From an uncultured virus (IMG/VR IMGVR_UViG_3300029928_000131) (lineage: Duplodnaviria; Heunggongvirae; Uroviricota; Caudoviricetes), in IMG/VR virus record IMGVR_UViG_3300029928_000131: DNA of 64,000 bases; one strand, written 5' to 3'. Under the pieces are notes generated by a model. That model saw nothing but the letters and a program-made list of their open reading frames with translations, had not been told where the DNA came from and made no database searches. Every line of letters begins with the position of its first letter. Within the stretch, counting starts at the first letter, position 1. The translations under genes were made by a program, and so were the position numbers. Positions 46,756 through 56,346 of the stretch are shown one piece after another.

Positions 46756-48045
46756 TCACGATGCAATTTTTGATTTTAGCCGGTGTAGCCTTGAGACTAT
46801 TTTGCGGCTGACCTTGTTGCAAAAGCCGCTGACCAGTGAACACAGGCGCATATAGATATAAGCGCTGCGGTGTTTGAACTGAGATTGCCTGCTTTCCTCC
46901 AGCAGTGCCGAGAGCAGCTTACTCTGGCCGGCAAGCCAGCGAAAAGGCACTCTCCACAAGCGAGCATAAAACCTTCTTTTTGAGGGGAATTGAACCAGCG
47001 GCGGCACATACGGAAGTGGTTCAGCCGCATTTTCTTCACTGGACTCCATTTCAAACGAAGACCATAAACTCTGCTCAGGATAATGCACTGGCGTAGAAAA
47101 TTCAGCGGTGTCACGTCTTTGAAGCTGCATCGCATTTGCGCTCCGTGCCGCCTCCTGCGCATATTCGGGCACGAGAGCTTTGATCTCCTGCTGCTGGTAT
47201 AGGGCCCACAGCACATCACCCATTGCGCTGAGATTAAACACTCCGCATTGGGCTGTGGCAGGGTAGCATCCCTGGATGCGCGCGGCGGCCCGCTCCAATG
47301 TGCGGCAAATGGTCGATTTGTCAACATTGAGAAGTTTGCCAATGTTTTCCATGGTGAGCCACTCCCCATAGTACAAATACATGTAAACCGCCTGTCTCTC
47401 AGTCAAACAGCCGAGCAGTTTTTTTGCCGTTTCAGGATCAGTGAGATCCATTTCCGAGCTTTCCTCCGAGTCGCTGTCAGGCTTATAGCGTTGCTCTTCA
47501 AATTGTGCGAGATCCCGAATGCACTGATAAGCCCTACTTAGCGTTCTGGATACTGTGCTTTTATCTACGTTCAGGATATTTGCAATTTCCGTTACCCGCT
47601 TTCCCTCCATGGAGAGCTCAAGCATCTGCTGCTGCCGATCACTGCAGATCGCCTTCCCACGTTTAAGCGCGCGGATCAGACGGGCTTTTTTACTGCCGTC
47701 ATCAAGGCTGACGCCAAGATCCTCCCAGCGCATTGTATTCCCTTCCATGTCAGCAAAGGTGACGTGATTGCGTTCGAGCCAGTTGAAGGTACCAATGCCG
47801 TCAGCGCTGCGGGCTTCAAAACTCGTGACCCTGCTCTTTGGCGCTGTGCGTACCCTCTCGGCAGGCGGTCTGGCCGCATCTTTTCGCTCAAGCGCCTCCT
47901 GATACATCTGGTACAGGATCGAGTAGCGCTGCTTCTGCTTGGCGAGCTCCTGCGGATCTGTGATAGACTGCATTTGCTCCTTGACGAGCTTGATGCGCTC
48001 GTATAGGGTAGCCCGCTCCTGCTCGGCGATCTCATAGTCCGTCAT
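46756..48045 (-). CDS. Protein with two sigma-70 region 4-like HTH domains
   Basis: EIANILNVDKSTVSRTLSRA and NIGKLLNVDKSTICRTLERA. Confidence 0.75.
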   Translation of the reverse strand: MTDYEIAEQERATLYERIKLVKEQMQSITDPQELAKQKQRYSILYQMYQEALERKDAARPPAERVRTAPKSRVTSFEARSADGIGTFNWLERNHVTFADMEGNTMRWEDLGVSLDDGSKKARLIRALKRGKAICSDRQQQMLELSMEGKRVTEIANILNVDKSTVSRTLSRAYQCIRDLAQFEEQRYKPDSDSEESSEMDLTDPETAKKLLGCLTERQAVYMYLYYGEWLTMENIGKLLNVDKSTICRTLERAAARIQGCYPATAQCGVFNLSAMGDVLWALYQQQEIKALVPEYAQEAARSANAMQLQRRDTAEFSTPVHYPEQSLWSSFEMESSEENAAEPLPYVPPLVQFPSKRRFYARLWRVPFRWLAGQSKLLSALLEESRQSQFKHRSAYIYMRLCSLVSGFCNKVSRKIVSRLHRLKSKIAS

Positions 48046-48051
48046 AGCCGG

Positions 48052-48972
48052 TTACTCTGCCAGCACGAAGTAATTACCCACCAGATCGTGCGGCAGATAT
48101 TGCAGCGTGATCTTCCCACCCGCAGCCTCGCCGGTGCGCTCGCACTTGTATGTCTTGCTGTCGCTGGGGTCAAGGTAGTACTTTCCGTACTCGTACTCCA
48201 TGCCCGCTGCCGCGGGGATCGGGTCTTCCGCTGTCCCCGCATGCTCCACGTCGATGACCGCCCACATGGCAGGCGTCAGATGCGGGGGCCAGTCCGCCTG
48301 TGTCGTATGCCCCTGACGGCACTTATACACGCGCAGCACACCGTTTGCGTCCTCATCGCTGCGGCGGTCGCCCACTTCGACGGTCTCGCCGAGATGTGCG
48401 TTCCAGCGCGTGATGAGCTCAGGGGAGTTTGCCGCCTCTGTATCGCTCAGGCTCACCGCTGCCGCCTCGATGACGGGGCGCAGCTCCGCCGCGCGCTGCG
48501 GCGTGATCTGCGCACCGACAAGCGCCATCGTCACAGCGCTGGATGCCTGATTATCCTGCTGCAGCGCCGTGATCTCGCTCTCTTTCTGCGCGAGCTCCGC
48601 ATCCTTTGCGGCGAGCTGCGAGTCCTTTTCTGCGGCGCCGGCTGTCAACTCGTCGATCTGCGCCTGATAGGGCGTCACGTCGCCCCAGTACTGCTTGTCG
48701 ACCTCAAGGATCACCTCAAAGCCGTCAGTATTTCTGAGGTAATTGATGTCCTTGACAACGAAAGAATAGCCTTCGGGCAGATCGCATGCGGGATAGTTCT
48801 CTCGAACCGGCTCCACAATGACATGCTGCCAATCAATTTTTTCGATCTCCTCGAGCGTATTTTCTTCATAGCACCGCTCGAAGACAAGATGATATTCTTT
48901 GCCGAGGCGCATAATATGGCCGATTCTATGTCCATTGATTTTATAGCTTACTCCATAATAACCACTGCTCAT
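48052..48972 (-). CDS. Tail fibre-associated protein with coiled coil and CBM-like C-terminus
   Basis: YKCRQGHTTQADWPPHLTPAMW; homologous to 11189-11926. Confidence 0.7.
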   Translation of the reverse strand: MSSGYYGVSYKINGHRIGHIMRLGKEYHLVFERCYEENTLEEIEKIDWQHVIVEPVRENYPACDLPEGYSFVVKDINYLRNTDGFEVILEVDKQYWGDVTPYQAQIDELTAGAAEKDSQLAAKDAELAQKESEITALQQDNQASSAVTMALVGAQITPQRAAELRPVIEAAAVSLSDTEAANSPELITRWNAHLGETVEVGDRRSDEDANGVLRVYKCRQGHTTQADWPPHLTPAMWAVIDVEHAGTAEDPIPAAAGMEYEYGKYYLDPSDSKTYKCERTGEAAGGKITLQYLPHDLVGNYFVLAE

Positions 48973-48973
48973 T

Positions 48974-49537
48974 TTAGTCTCCTTTACTACCGATAATGGG
49001 GACAGACTCTTCCAGCCGTTCCCACGTCATGTTCATGTCTTCCAGTTTCTGCCATGTCATATTGACTGCCTCAAACCTCTCCCACGTCAGACCCGCAATG
49101 ATAAAGCGCAGGTGCGCCGGGCTGACGAGGTTGACGGAATCGGTCAGGCTGCTCAGATCCAGCTCGACAAGGTCGTCCGTCTCGCCGAGGAATTCCAGCG
49201 TAAAGCTGTAATCGTCATTTACAATGACGCGGGCGGCGTAGCCCGTCATTGCCGTGGCCATGTCGCGGATCGTGTCAGCGTTGGTGTTGCCGCCGGCAAG
49301 CAGCTTGGCCTTGATCGCATTGCGGCGCGAGGCTTCCGTCGCGCCTGCAGACGGCGTGATGCCGACCTGATACTCCCAGAGCGGCAGGCTCCATGTGGCC
49401 GTCTCGATAAAAAACTGCTTTTTGACGTCTTCCACAAGATCTGCCATCTGCTGGGCGGAAAGCCCGAGCGTGTCGAGCAGCGCGGCCGTCTGCGCGTTTT
49501 TGCGGTACCGGACAGGTACTTTTTCGCGATTTTCCAT
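48974..49537 (-). CDS. Baseplate protein XkdU-like (DUF2313)
   Basis: QFFIETATWSLPLWE, PAHL. Confidence 0.85.
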   Translation of the reverse strand: MENREKVPVRYRKNAQTAALLDTLGLSAQQMADLVEDVKKQFFIETATWSLPLWEYQVGITPSAGATEASRRNAIKAKLLAGGNTNADTIRDMATAMTGYAARVIVNDDYSFTLEFLGETDDLVELDLSSLTDSVNLVSPAHLRFIIAGLTWERFEAVNMTWQKLEDMNMTWERLEESVPIIGSKGD

Positions 49538-49548
49538 GCTGCACCGCC

Positions 49549-50628
49549 TTAATAGGTCGTTACATCAACAGTGCCGAGCACGGGAATCGCACCGGAGGCG
49601 ATCTGCAGCGCCGTCTTTACTCCGTTAACAGTGAAGGAGCTGTAGTCGGCTACGCCCGCGCACTGCAAAAGGCACGCGAGGAAGCGGCTGTACGGCACGC
49701 TCTGTTCTTCGGCGAACGGCAGTGTTGCCAACAGCGCACTGACCGCCGCGGAAAGATCCGCTTTGACCTCGTCGAGGCTGTGACCATTGACGAGTTTGAT
49801 CTTGGCAACGAGCGGGATCTCGACCTCCGTGACCGAAACCACCGTCACCGTCGCGCCGATCGGGCGCTCTGCCTCAATATGTTCCGCACAGGCGGTCACG
49901 ATCGTGTCATCCAGCGGCTTTTTGTCCGCGCCGGCAATGATGACCTTGACGGTGCCGTTGCCGTTCCACAGCGGGATGCAGCGGGCATAGGAGACGCCCG
50001 TGACCTCCTTTGCCCACATCACATAGTGGTTGGCGTTGCCGGATGTGATTGGCTCCGTGCGGCGCTCATGGTAGCGTGCCCACAGATCCGCGTCGCTCTC
50101 TTCGTCCGCGCCGCCGACACCGGCGGCCGCGTTGGTCACGCCATGCACGCCGTGGACATTGACCGCCATCTGCGTGACGGTCGCCTCCGGCACGTTGTAA
50201 TCAGCGCCGATATCTTCGGCGACGCAGAGCACGCTGGCAAGCCCGTCAGCGATGGTGACCTCTTCCGTCGTTAGAAAGCGCAGCGCGTCCGGTGTGCACA
50301 CAACGGTCCCTGCAGGGATCTTCGTGCCGTCCACGCCCGAGAACGTCACCGTCACCTCTGCCTTTGCGCCTGGCTGCCTGATCATACCGATCTGTGCGGC
50401 GTGGAGATCCAGATACCGCCCGCTCTGGGCCCCCGGAAAGAGAATGTCAATAAAGCCGTTGAGCGTCTGGCCGTATTTCCACATGACGTAGGCAGCCTCG
50501 CTCAAAAGCACATTGGCATAGCTGCCTTCGCGGGCATCCACATCGACGCCGGCATTGATCACGCGCCCGAGCATCTCGGATTTGATGCTTTCCGGCGTCA
50601 TGCTCTCAAAGGGCGATTTTTCCGTCAT
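49549..50628 (-). CDS. Baseplate J (XkdT-like)
   Basis: GGADEESD, SGNANHYVMWA, PLWNGNGTVKV, RPIGA. Confidence 0.95.
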   Translation of the reverse strand: MTEKSPFESMTPESIKSEMLGRVINAGVDVDAREGSYANVLLSEAAYVMWKYGQTLNGFIDILFPGAQSGRYLDLHAAQIGMIRQPGAKAEVTVTFSGVDGTKIPAGTVVCTPDALRFLTTEEVTIADGLASVLCVAEDIGADYNVPEATVTQMAVNVHGVHGVTNAAAGVGGADEESDADLWARYHERRTEPITSGNANHYVMWAKEVTGVSYARCIPLWNGNGTVKVIIAGADKKPLDDTIVTACAEHIEAERPIGATVTVVSVTEVEIPLVAKIKLVNGHSLDEVKADLSAAVSALLATLPFAEEQSVPYSRFLACLLQCAGVADYSSFTVNGVKTALQIASGAIPVLGTVDVTTY

Positions 50629-51037
50629 TGAGCGTTACCTCCCCGTAAATGGTTTTTGCCTTGAATGACAGGTGCAGCACCGAACCCTCGAACTGCACGC
50701 TGATCTGATGGACAGTTTTGATATAAGGGCTGATCTCCAGCGCCTCGCGGATGCAGCGGATGGCCTCCGACTGCCTGATGTCGTCGCCATAGGCCTCGCC
50801 GATCAGGGATTGCAGATCCTGTCCGTAATTATGGGTAAATACGTCGTGCAGATAGCGCGACGTATTGATCGTGTTCCAGGCCCACACCAGCACAGCCTCC
50901 GTACCGGTCACCGTCGCGGGGTTCCCGCCGTGCCAGACGGGCTCGTCCTTTGTAAAATCCCAGCGCACTTCGCGTGCCAGCGGAAGCTCGGTGCCCAAAT
51001 CGGACACCGGCGAGCTGAGCAAAGGAAAAATGTTCAT
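50606..51037 (-). CDS. XkdS-like baseplate protein (DUF2634)
   Basis: EVRWDF, IREAL..PYI, TIYGE. Confidence 0.85.
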   Translation of the reverse strand: MNIFPLLSSPVSDLGTELPLAREVRWDFTKDEPVWHGGNPATVTGTEAVLVWAWNTINTSRYLHDVFTHNYGQDLQSLIGEAYGDDIRQSEAIRCIREALEISPYIKTVHQISVQFEGSVLHLSFKAKTIYGEVTLNDGKIAL

Positions 51038-51450
51038 TCCAGTGTCACCATCCTCTCAATGAGGTAATAGGTCTGCCCGTCATCCGAGCGCATGAGCAGC
51101 ACCTCGTCGTCAACATTGAGCACGATCCAACCGAAAACATGCTCCTCCGGCCGGAGAAACACGAACGGACCGATGGCGCTCTGCGTGACCTGCACCAGTT
51201 TCTCGGGCAGCAGCGTTTCGACGCCATTTTCTTCACGGTCCTCGGCATTTTCCAGAAAATTGGGATACATGGACTCGGCTATGCGAAGATCCTCTTTCTC
51301 AAGGTCGATGCCGTCGGCGCGGATCTTGATCGGATCGAGCGATATGATCCTGCCGATCGTGTAGGTCGGGCGCTGCTCATTGCTGGCGCGCTGTGAAATA
51401 TGCTGGTTGATTCCGACATAGGGATCGCGGGCGCTTTCGTCCTGGCTCAT
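51034..51450 (-). CDS. XkdR-like protein (DUF2577)
   Basis: Position; IGRIISLDPIKI. Confidence 0.7.
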   Translation of the reverse strand: MSQDESARDPYVGINQHISQRASNEQRPTYTIGRIISLDPIKIRADGIDLEKEDLRIAESMYPNFLENAEDREENGVETLLPEKLVQVTQSAIGPFVFLRPEEHVFGWIVLNVDDEVLLMRSDDGQTYYLIERMVTLE

Positions 51451-52427
51451 GTCAATTCACCTCCCGCGATGCTGCCGGAAACGACGTTCCGGCAGTTGAG
51501 TGTCAGCTTGCAGTAGTAATTGCCGCGCTTCCAGGTGTGGACGTCGGCGTCGATCCAGAAGATCCCCTGAAGGCCGGTTTTGTTCTCCCGCACAACGACC
51601 GTCTGGCCGGTGATTAGCGAGAGATCTCCGAGGACGTCGACGGTGACCGTCTGCGTCATGACGCCGTCGTCCAGGAGCTTTTGCGCCTCTTTGTCGATGT
51701 CGACATCAGAGGAGGCGTTCTCGGTGAGATGGCGCTCCATCATGCCGAAGAGCTTCTGCGCATCATCGCTACCTACGCGGCGCTGGAAGCTGCCGTCGGC
51801 GTCGTAGATGGCTACGCTGTTGACCATGTTTGTCGCGTCCTCCACCGTCTTGGCATCCATCAGGTTGGATTCGGCCTTGAGCACGATGCTGCGCTCGCTG
51901 ACGTCTCGGACGGCCACCAGCAGGCCTTTCGGCGTGTAGGTGATGGCGTATTTGTCCTCGGTCTGCTGTGTGGCCAGCGTCCAGACCGTTTCAAAGATTT
52001 TATCCAGTGCGACGCCCGCAAATTTGCGGCTGATTTTCACGCCGGTCGACGGCAGCGATGCAACGGGGATCTCATAGTCGGCGCAGACCTGGCGGGTGAT
52101 GCTCTCCGGCGTCGCATCGCGGAATTTATAGGTGCCGTCGTTGCGCCGACAGTAGATCCCGCGGTCGAAGCAGGTGAAGCTCATGCTCGTCTCTTCGCTG
52201 CCGGCGCTCCTGCGCAGGATCACCCCGTCGAAGATCGCCGTGCCGGAGTCATCCGTCATCATTACGGCGTCGCCCATCTGAGGGACGGGCAGGCCGGTCG
52301 ACTCATCAAAGACGATCTCGGCGATGAGCTGACGCACCAGCGTCGACTTATCGCCGCTCCAGGACCAGTTGAGCAGAATGTCCGTAATGCGGCGGGTCGA
52401 CTGGTCATGTGTCAGATAGATCTCCAT
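51447..52427 (-). CDS. XkdQ-like baseplate hub protein
   Basis: WSGDKS..RQL, GIFWIDADVHTW. Confidence 0.85.
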   Translation of the reverse strand: MEIYLTHDQSTRRITDILLNWSWSGDKSTLVRQLIAEIVFDESTGLPVPQMGDAVMMTDDSGTAIFDGVILRRSAGSEETSMSFTCFDRGIYCRRNDGTYKFRDATPESITRQVCADYEIPVASLPSTGVKISRKFAGVALDKIFETVWTLATQQTEDKYAITYTPKGLLVAVRDVSERSIVLKAESNLMDAKTVEDATNMVNSVAIYDADGSFQRRVGSDDAQKLFGMMERHLTENASSDVDIDKEAQKLLDDGVMTQTVTVDVLGDLSLITGQTVVVRENKTGLQGIFWIDADVHTWKRGNYYCKLTLNCRNVVSGSIAGGELT

Positions 52428-53083
52428 CAGCTGCCTCCCAGAAGAATATCCTTCGGCGGCAGCTTGATCGTCTGCCCGACGTAGATCAGGTGCGGATTGC
52501 TGATGCCGTTATATTTGGCAAGGGCGTTGTAATAGGTCGACGTACCGTCGCCGTAGGTGCGCCGGCAAAGCATGCTGAGTGTGTCTCCGGAGACGACGCG
52601 GTGATAGGTGATGTCCTTCGCGGCGTCGCTCTTACGGCCGCTGTTGCCGGTATAGCGCGTCGTGTTGAGCGTTGCGACCTCCTGTGCCTCCAGATCCACG
52701 TACTCGCGCAGTGCGATCGTGCAGTAGACGTCGCCTGTGCCGTCCTGTTCCTTTTCGGTCACGCTTTCAATGTACACAAGCGCGTTGATATCACTTTCCG
52801 TCACGATGTATCGCACGGGGATTTTTTCAGCCGCCCAGTAGCGCAGCGGCTCCAGATAATAGCCTGGGTCAAGGATCGTCCCAGGCTGGTTGAACGGATA
52901 GTCCTGCGAGGGCAGCAGACATTCGATCGTGCCGCTGTGCCGGCTGCGGTTGCCGGGGAGGTACACGTCGCCGAGCTGCGAAATATTGATGGTCTCAATG
53001 TTTTTGCCCGTCGTCCACTCGTAGGAGGACGGCGTGATCGGCAGCGTCAGCACGTCGCCGTTGGCGATAAAACAGAATTGCAT
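52427..53083 (-). CDS. XkdP-like LysM protein
   Basis: LPITP; VVSGDTL..NPHLIYVGQTIKLP. Confidence 0.9.
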   Translation of the reverse strand: MQFCFIANGDVLTLPITPSSYEWTTGKNIETINISQLGDVYLPGNRSRHSGTIECLLPSQDYPFNQPGTILDPGYYLEPLRYWAAEKIPVRYIVTESDINALVYIESVTEKEQDGTGDVYCTIALREYVDLEAQEVATLNTTRYTGNSGRKSDAAKDITYHRVVSGDTLSMLCRRTYGDGTSTYYNALAKYNGISNPHLIYVGQTIKLPPKDILLGGS

Positions 53084-53087
53084 GGCA

Positions 53088-55067
53088 CTACCCCCTCATG
53101 TTGGCTTCTTCCAGCTTGTTGAGCATTTCTTGCGCTATGCGCTGAACGTCTGCCTCCTCGCGGATGACAGTACCGTTCATGACGATCTGGATGCCGCCGA
53201 CGCCGTTTTTCTCCTGTCTGGCTTCACCGGCCGTCAGGACCCGCTCGCCCTCGTGCAGCAGCGCAGGGAAGTTATCATAGGGTACGTAATCCAGACCAAC
53301 GGCATAGCTTCCGGCAGAGGGATACATCGTGTTCAGCGGGTCCTCGCTGGCCGACGAGAACTGAAACGGATTGCCGATACCTGCCGCGCGGCCTTTGCTG
53401 AATTCCTGTCCCAGCGTATAACCGGCGTCCCAATAGGCGCTGTTGAGCGACGTATCGTCGCGCACAGATTCGATCAGACTCAGCTCCTGCGCGAGCTCTT
53501 CGTCCTTGCCTTCGTTGGCGTTATACTCGTTCATGCCGTCGATTTTCGCCTTCATCAGGATTCGGCCCATCTCGGCGGCGTTACCTTCAGCCTTGGCAGT
53601 CTGATACTCTTCGCTGCTCATAGCGGCGTTCATGGCGTCGCGGATATATTTTTCCTTGGCATTCTCAAGAGAGGCTTTCCATTCGCCGATCGCAGTGTAG
53701 GCCTCCTGCATCTCCTGGCCTTTCTGACTGGAGAGCCATCTCTTCTGATCCTGCATCCCCTGCATGCGCGTCTGGTTGTAGCCTTCGCCCATGGCGTTGT
53801 CGAGCTCCTGCTGTAAACCCTCGATGGTCGAAGAAAGGCCGCTGAAGGTTTTGGACTGCGCTGCCATCGACCCGGCAAAGCTGTCCGAGAGCGCGTCCAG
53901 AATGATCCTGGCAGCGTCCTGTCCGGCAACTTGACCCTTGGAGATCATGCTGTACATCGTGCCCTGATCCACGCCGTAGGCGTCAGAGAGCATTCCGACC
54001 GCGCCGATACCGCGGTCATTGAGGATGTTGAGGTATTCGAGCGTCGTCTTGTTGCTGCTCTTCATGCGGCCGATGGCGGTAGCCACGGCAGTCATATCAC
54101 TCGTAGACTGACCGAGCGCCGCGCCGGCGTCGCCGATGGTCTGCAAGACCGGCAGGATGCTGTCTGCATCATAGCCGTAGGTCGCGAGCGTCTTGCTCAT
54201 GCTCGTCAGGTCGTCATAGAGAAACGGCGTCGAGTTGGCCATGCCGACAAGGTTTGTGAGATAGCTGTCCGCGGTCTCTTTGCTGCCGAACAGCGTTGCG
54301 AAGGAGATCTTGTCGGTCTCGCGCCCCGCGGCGATCGAGCTGCCGCTCGTCAGCGACTCGCTCTGCGCGTCCAGCTGCTCCTGCACAGCGTCCTGTACGT
54401 AGGATTTGAAAGAGGAATCCTGCGATTCGTAGCTCTGCGAATACCCGCTAATACCACCAGAGATAGCGCCAACGCCCGCGCCGATCAGCGTACCCATCGG
54501 CCCGAATGCTGACCCAGTTATTGCGCCGGAAAGCACGGAGGAGATCATGCTGGATGCAATGGCACCGGAATCGCTCCCGATTGCACTGCCGATTTTTGCG
54601 TTCAGGGCGCCTTGTGCTGCGCTGCCTATTGTCTGAGCCGCTTGCATAGTAACGAGTGCATTTGTGATCGACTTGAAGCCGCCGCCTATGCCGCCCGAGC
54701 TATTCATGGACTTATTGGCTTTCGTGTCAAGGTTCTCGATCTCCTTGCGGGCCTTTTCGGCTTCCTTGCTGACGGAACGGAACTGATAGGATAAGTTATC
54801 GAAGTTCGCCTGTGCGGCCTCCATCTTGAGACCATCCATGGCATCCTGCGTCTCATTGAATTTTTTCTTTGCTTCGGTCAGCTCTTTTTTCGCTTTATCG
54901 AAATTTGCGTTGAGCGTTGCTTTCTCTTTACTGAGAGAATGCGCTTTGTCCTGAAGCTCACGGAGCTTACTGCCGAGATCGGCGGCGTTCTTCGCAATCG
55001 TCTTCATCCCATCAGAAGACTTGTCTTGCGTTTTGATCACGATTGAGGTTTCTGGCAATTCTTTCAC
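53088..55067 (-). CDS. Tape measure protein
   Basis: ANSTPF tape-measure motif; GLDYVPYDNFPALLHEGERVLT. Confidence 0.9.
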   Translation of the reverse strand: MKELPETSIVIKTQDKSSDGMKTIAKNAADLGSKLRELQDKAHSLSKEKATLNANFDKAKKELTEAKKKFNETQDAMDGLKMEAAQANFDNLSYQFRSVSKEAEKARKEIENLDTKANKSMNSSGGIGGGFKSITNALVTMQAAQTIGSAAQGALNAKIGSAIGSDSGAIASSMISSVLSGAITGSAFGPMGTLIGAGVGAISGGISGYSQSYESQDSSFKSYVQDAVQEQLDAQSESLTSGSSIAAGRETDKISFATLFGSKETADSYLTNLVGMANSTPFLYDDLTSMSKTLATYGYDADSILPVLQTIGDAGAALGQSTSDMTAVATAIGRMKSSNKTTLEYLNILNDRGIGAVGMLSDAYGVDQGTMYSMISKGQVAGQDAARIILDALSDSFAGSMAAQSKTFSGLSSTIEGLQQELDNAMGEGYNQTRMQGMQDQKRWLSSQKGQEMQEAYTAIGEWKASLENAKEKYIRDAMNAAMSSEEYQTAKAEGNAAEMGRILMKAKIDGMNEYNANEGKDEELAQELSLIESVRDDTSLNSAYWDAGYTLGQEFSKGRAAGIGNPFQFSSASEDPLNTMYPSAGSYAVGLDYVPYDNFPALLHEGERVLTAGEARQEKNGVGGIQIVMNGTVIREEADVQRIAQEMLNKLEEANMRG

Positions 55068-55127
55068 CGCCCTATCATTGACTTTGTTGAGAAAATACGT
55101 ATAATGAAAGCAAGGAGCGTGATACCT

Positions 55128-55199
55128 ATGACGAAGACATCCCTCATCACGATAACAGCCTCACTTCTGATCGTAGTATTGATTTTACTTTTTGTTTAG
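55128..55199 (+). CDS. 23-aa hydrophobic peptide in a mini-moron
   Basis: TTGACT-16-TATAAT, AAGGAG RBS, MTKTSLITITASLLIVVLILLFV, hairpin at 55206-55227. Confidence 0.6.
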   Translation: MTKTSLITITASLLIVVLILLFV

Positions 55200-55419
55200 A
55201 GCTTCAGCCGTCCAATCGGGCGGCTTTATTTTTTGCCCCGCGTGACCTTGATGGCTTTGCCGCGCGGTGCGGGGCGGCCGCGTGAAGCAGCCTCATAGGA
55301 GGACAGCGCCCAGATGAGGTCCTTTTCCCCCTGCGGGCGGTTATAGTAGTCGCCCGGCAGGATGCCGTGCACATGGAAAAGGTAGTAGGCAAGCCCCAGC
55401 TCCGGGTCGCTGCCCTCCG

Positions 55420-55851
55420 TCAGGCGTTTTTTACCTTTTCGATGGTCGCGCGGCGATAGCCGCTCAATCGCTCAACCTCGCGGCTCAGATCGGCGATCTC
55501 GCCGGGCAGCAGCATCGCCTTGAGCGTCTCCGCCGGCGTGATCCCGCCAAATTTGTGCTGCAGCGGCGCGCTCTTCAGGTCGGGATCAACACAGCCCGCC
55601 AGCAGGATCTGAAGCTCGGCGTCCTGCTCAAGGCGGCTGATGTCCTGCACGCGCCCGTAGGGCAGGGCCTGCAGCGTGAAGATGACCGGCGCGCCGGCCG
55701 CCTCGCTCAGGCGCGGGATCTCAAACTTGGCCGTCGGCAGGTGCTTTGCCACATTGACGACCTTTTCGCCCAGCAGCAGATCCAGCACAGACGGCTGCTC
55801 TTCTGCGGCGGCGTTCGGATTGACGATGGTATTTTCCATAATTTCCTCCAA
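55420..55851 (-). CDS. XkdN-like tail assembly chaperone, with -1 frameshift extension to 55226
   Basis: LLPGEI..LSGY; A AAA AAC slippery site before stop; open -1 frame. Confidence 0.85.
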   Translation of the reverse strand: MEEIMENTIVNPNAAAEEQPSVLDLLLGEKVVNVAKHLPTAKFEIPRLSEAAGAPVIFTLQALPYGRVQDISRLEQDAELQILLAGCVDPDLKSAPLQHKFGGITPAETLKAMLLPGEIADLSREVERLSGYRRATIEKVKNA

Positions 55852-55902
55852 ATTTGACTATGCGCAGCGCCGCCGGTCTCCCGACGGTGCTGCGCAATAT
55901 TT

Positions 55903-56331
55903 TCAGGTGTCCAGCATCTGATAGTCGTTGAACGTGAACGGGGACTCGATCTGCCCGAGCTTTGCCGCCTCCCAGTCGGCCAGCGTCAGGTCGTCAAAGC
56001 TGACGCCCATGAGCGCGATGCGCTGGTTGTTCGGGTTGTCGGGGTCGTCCAGATTGCTGATGATCGTGTGGCGCAGATCCTTGCCGGTCTTGAGCGCCTC
56101 GCCCTCCAGCTCGATGAGGCGGGATGTCGCGTTGTAAATGCGGATAGAGCCGGTGCCCTTGGTGGATACGAGCTTGCTGTCCTCCATCATGGCGCGGCAG
56201 CGGGGAACGCTCTCCTTCGTCTTGCTGATCTTGGCTTGGCAGCCGTAGCACTCGGCGACCTGCTCGCCGTCGATCCACAGGCTGCCCCATGTGCCGCTGC
56301 GTACCAGCGCGGCGTCAATAGATTCACTCAT
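55903..56331 (-). CDS. Tail tube protein (XkdM-like)
   Basis: GTWGSLWIDG, LDDPD, VSFDDLTLADW. Confidence 0.9.
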   Translation of the reverse strand: MSESIDAALVRSGTWGSLWIDGEQVAECYGCQAKISKTKESVPRCRAMMEDSKLVSTKGTGSIRIYNATSRLIELEGEALKTGKDLRHTIISNLDDPDNPNNQRIALMGVSFDDLTLADWEAAKLGQIESPFTFNDYQMLDT

Positions 56332-56346
56332 GTGCGTTTCCTCCTA

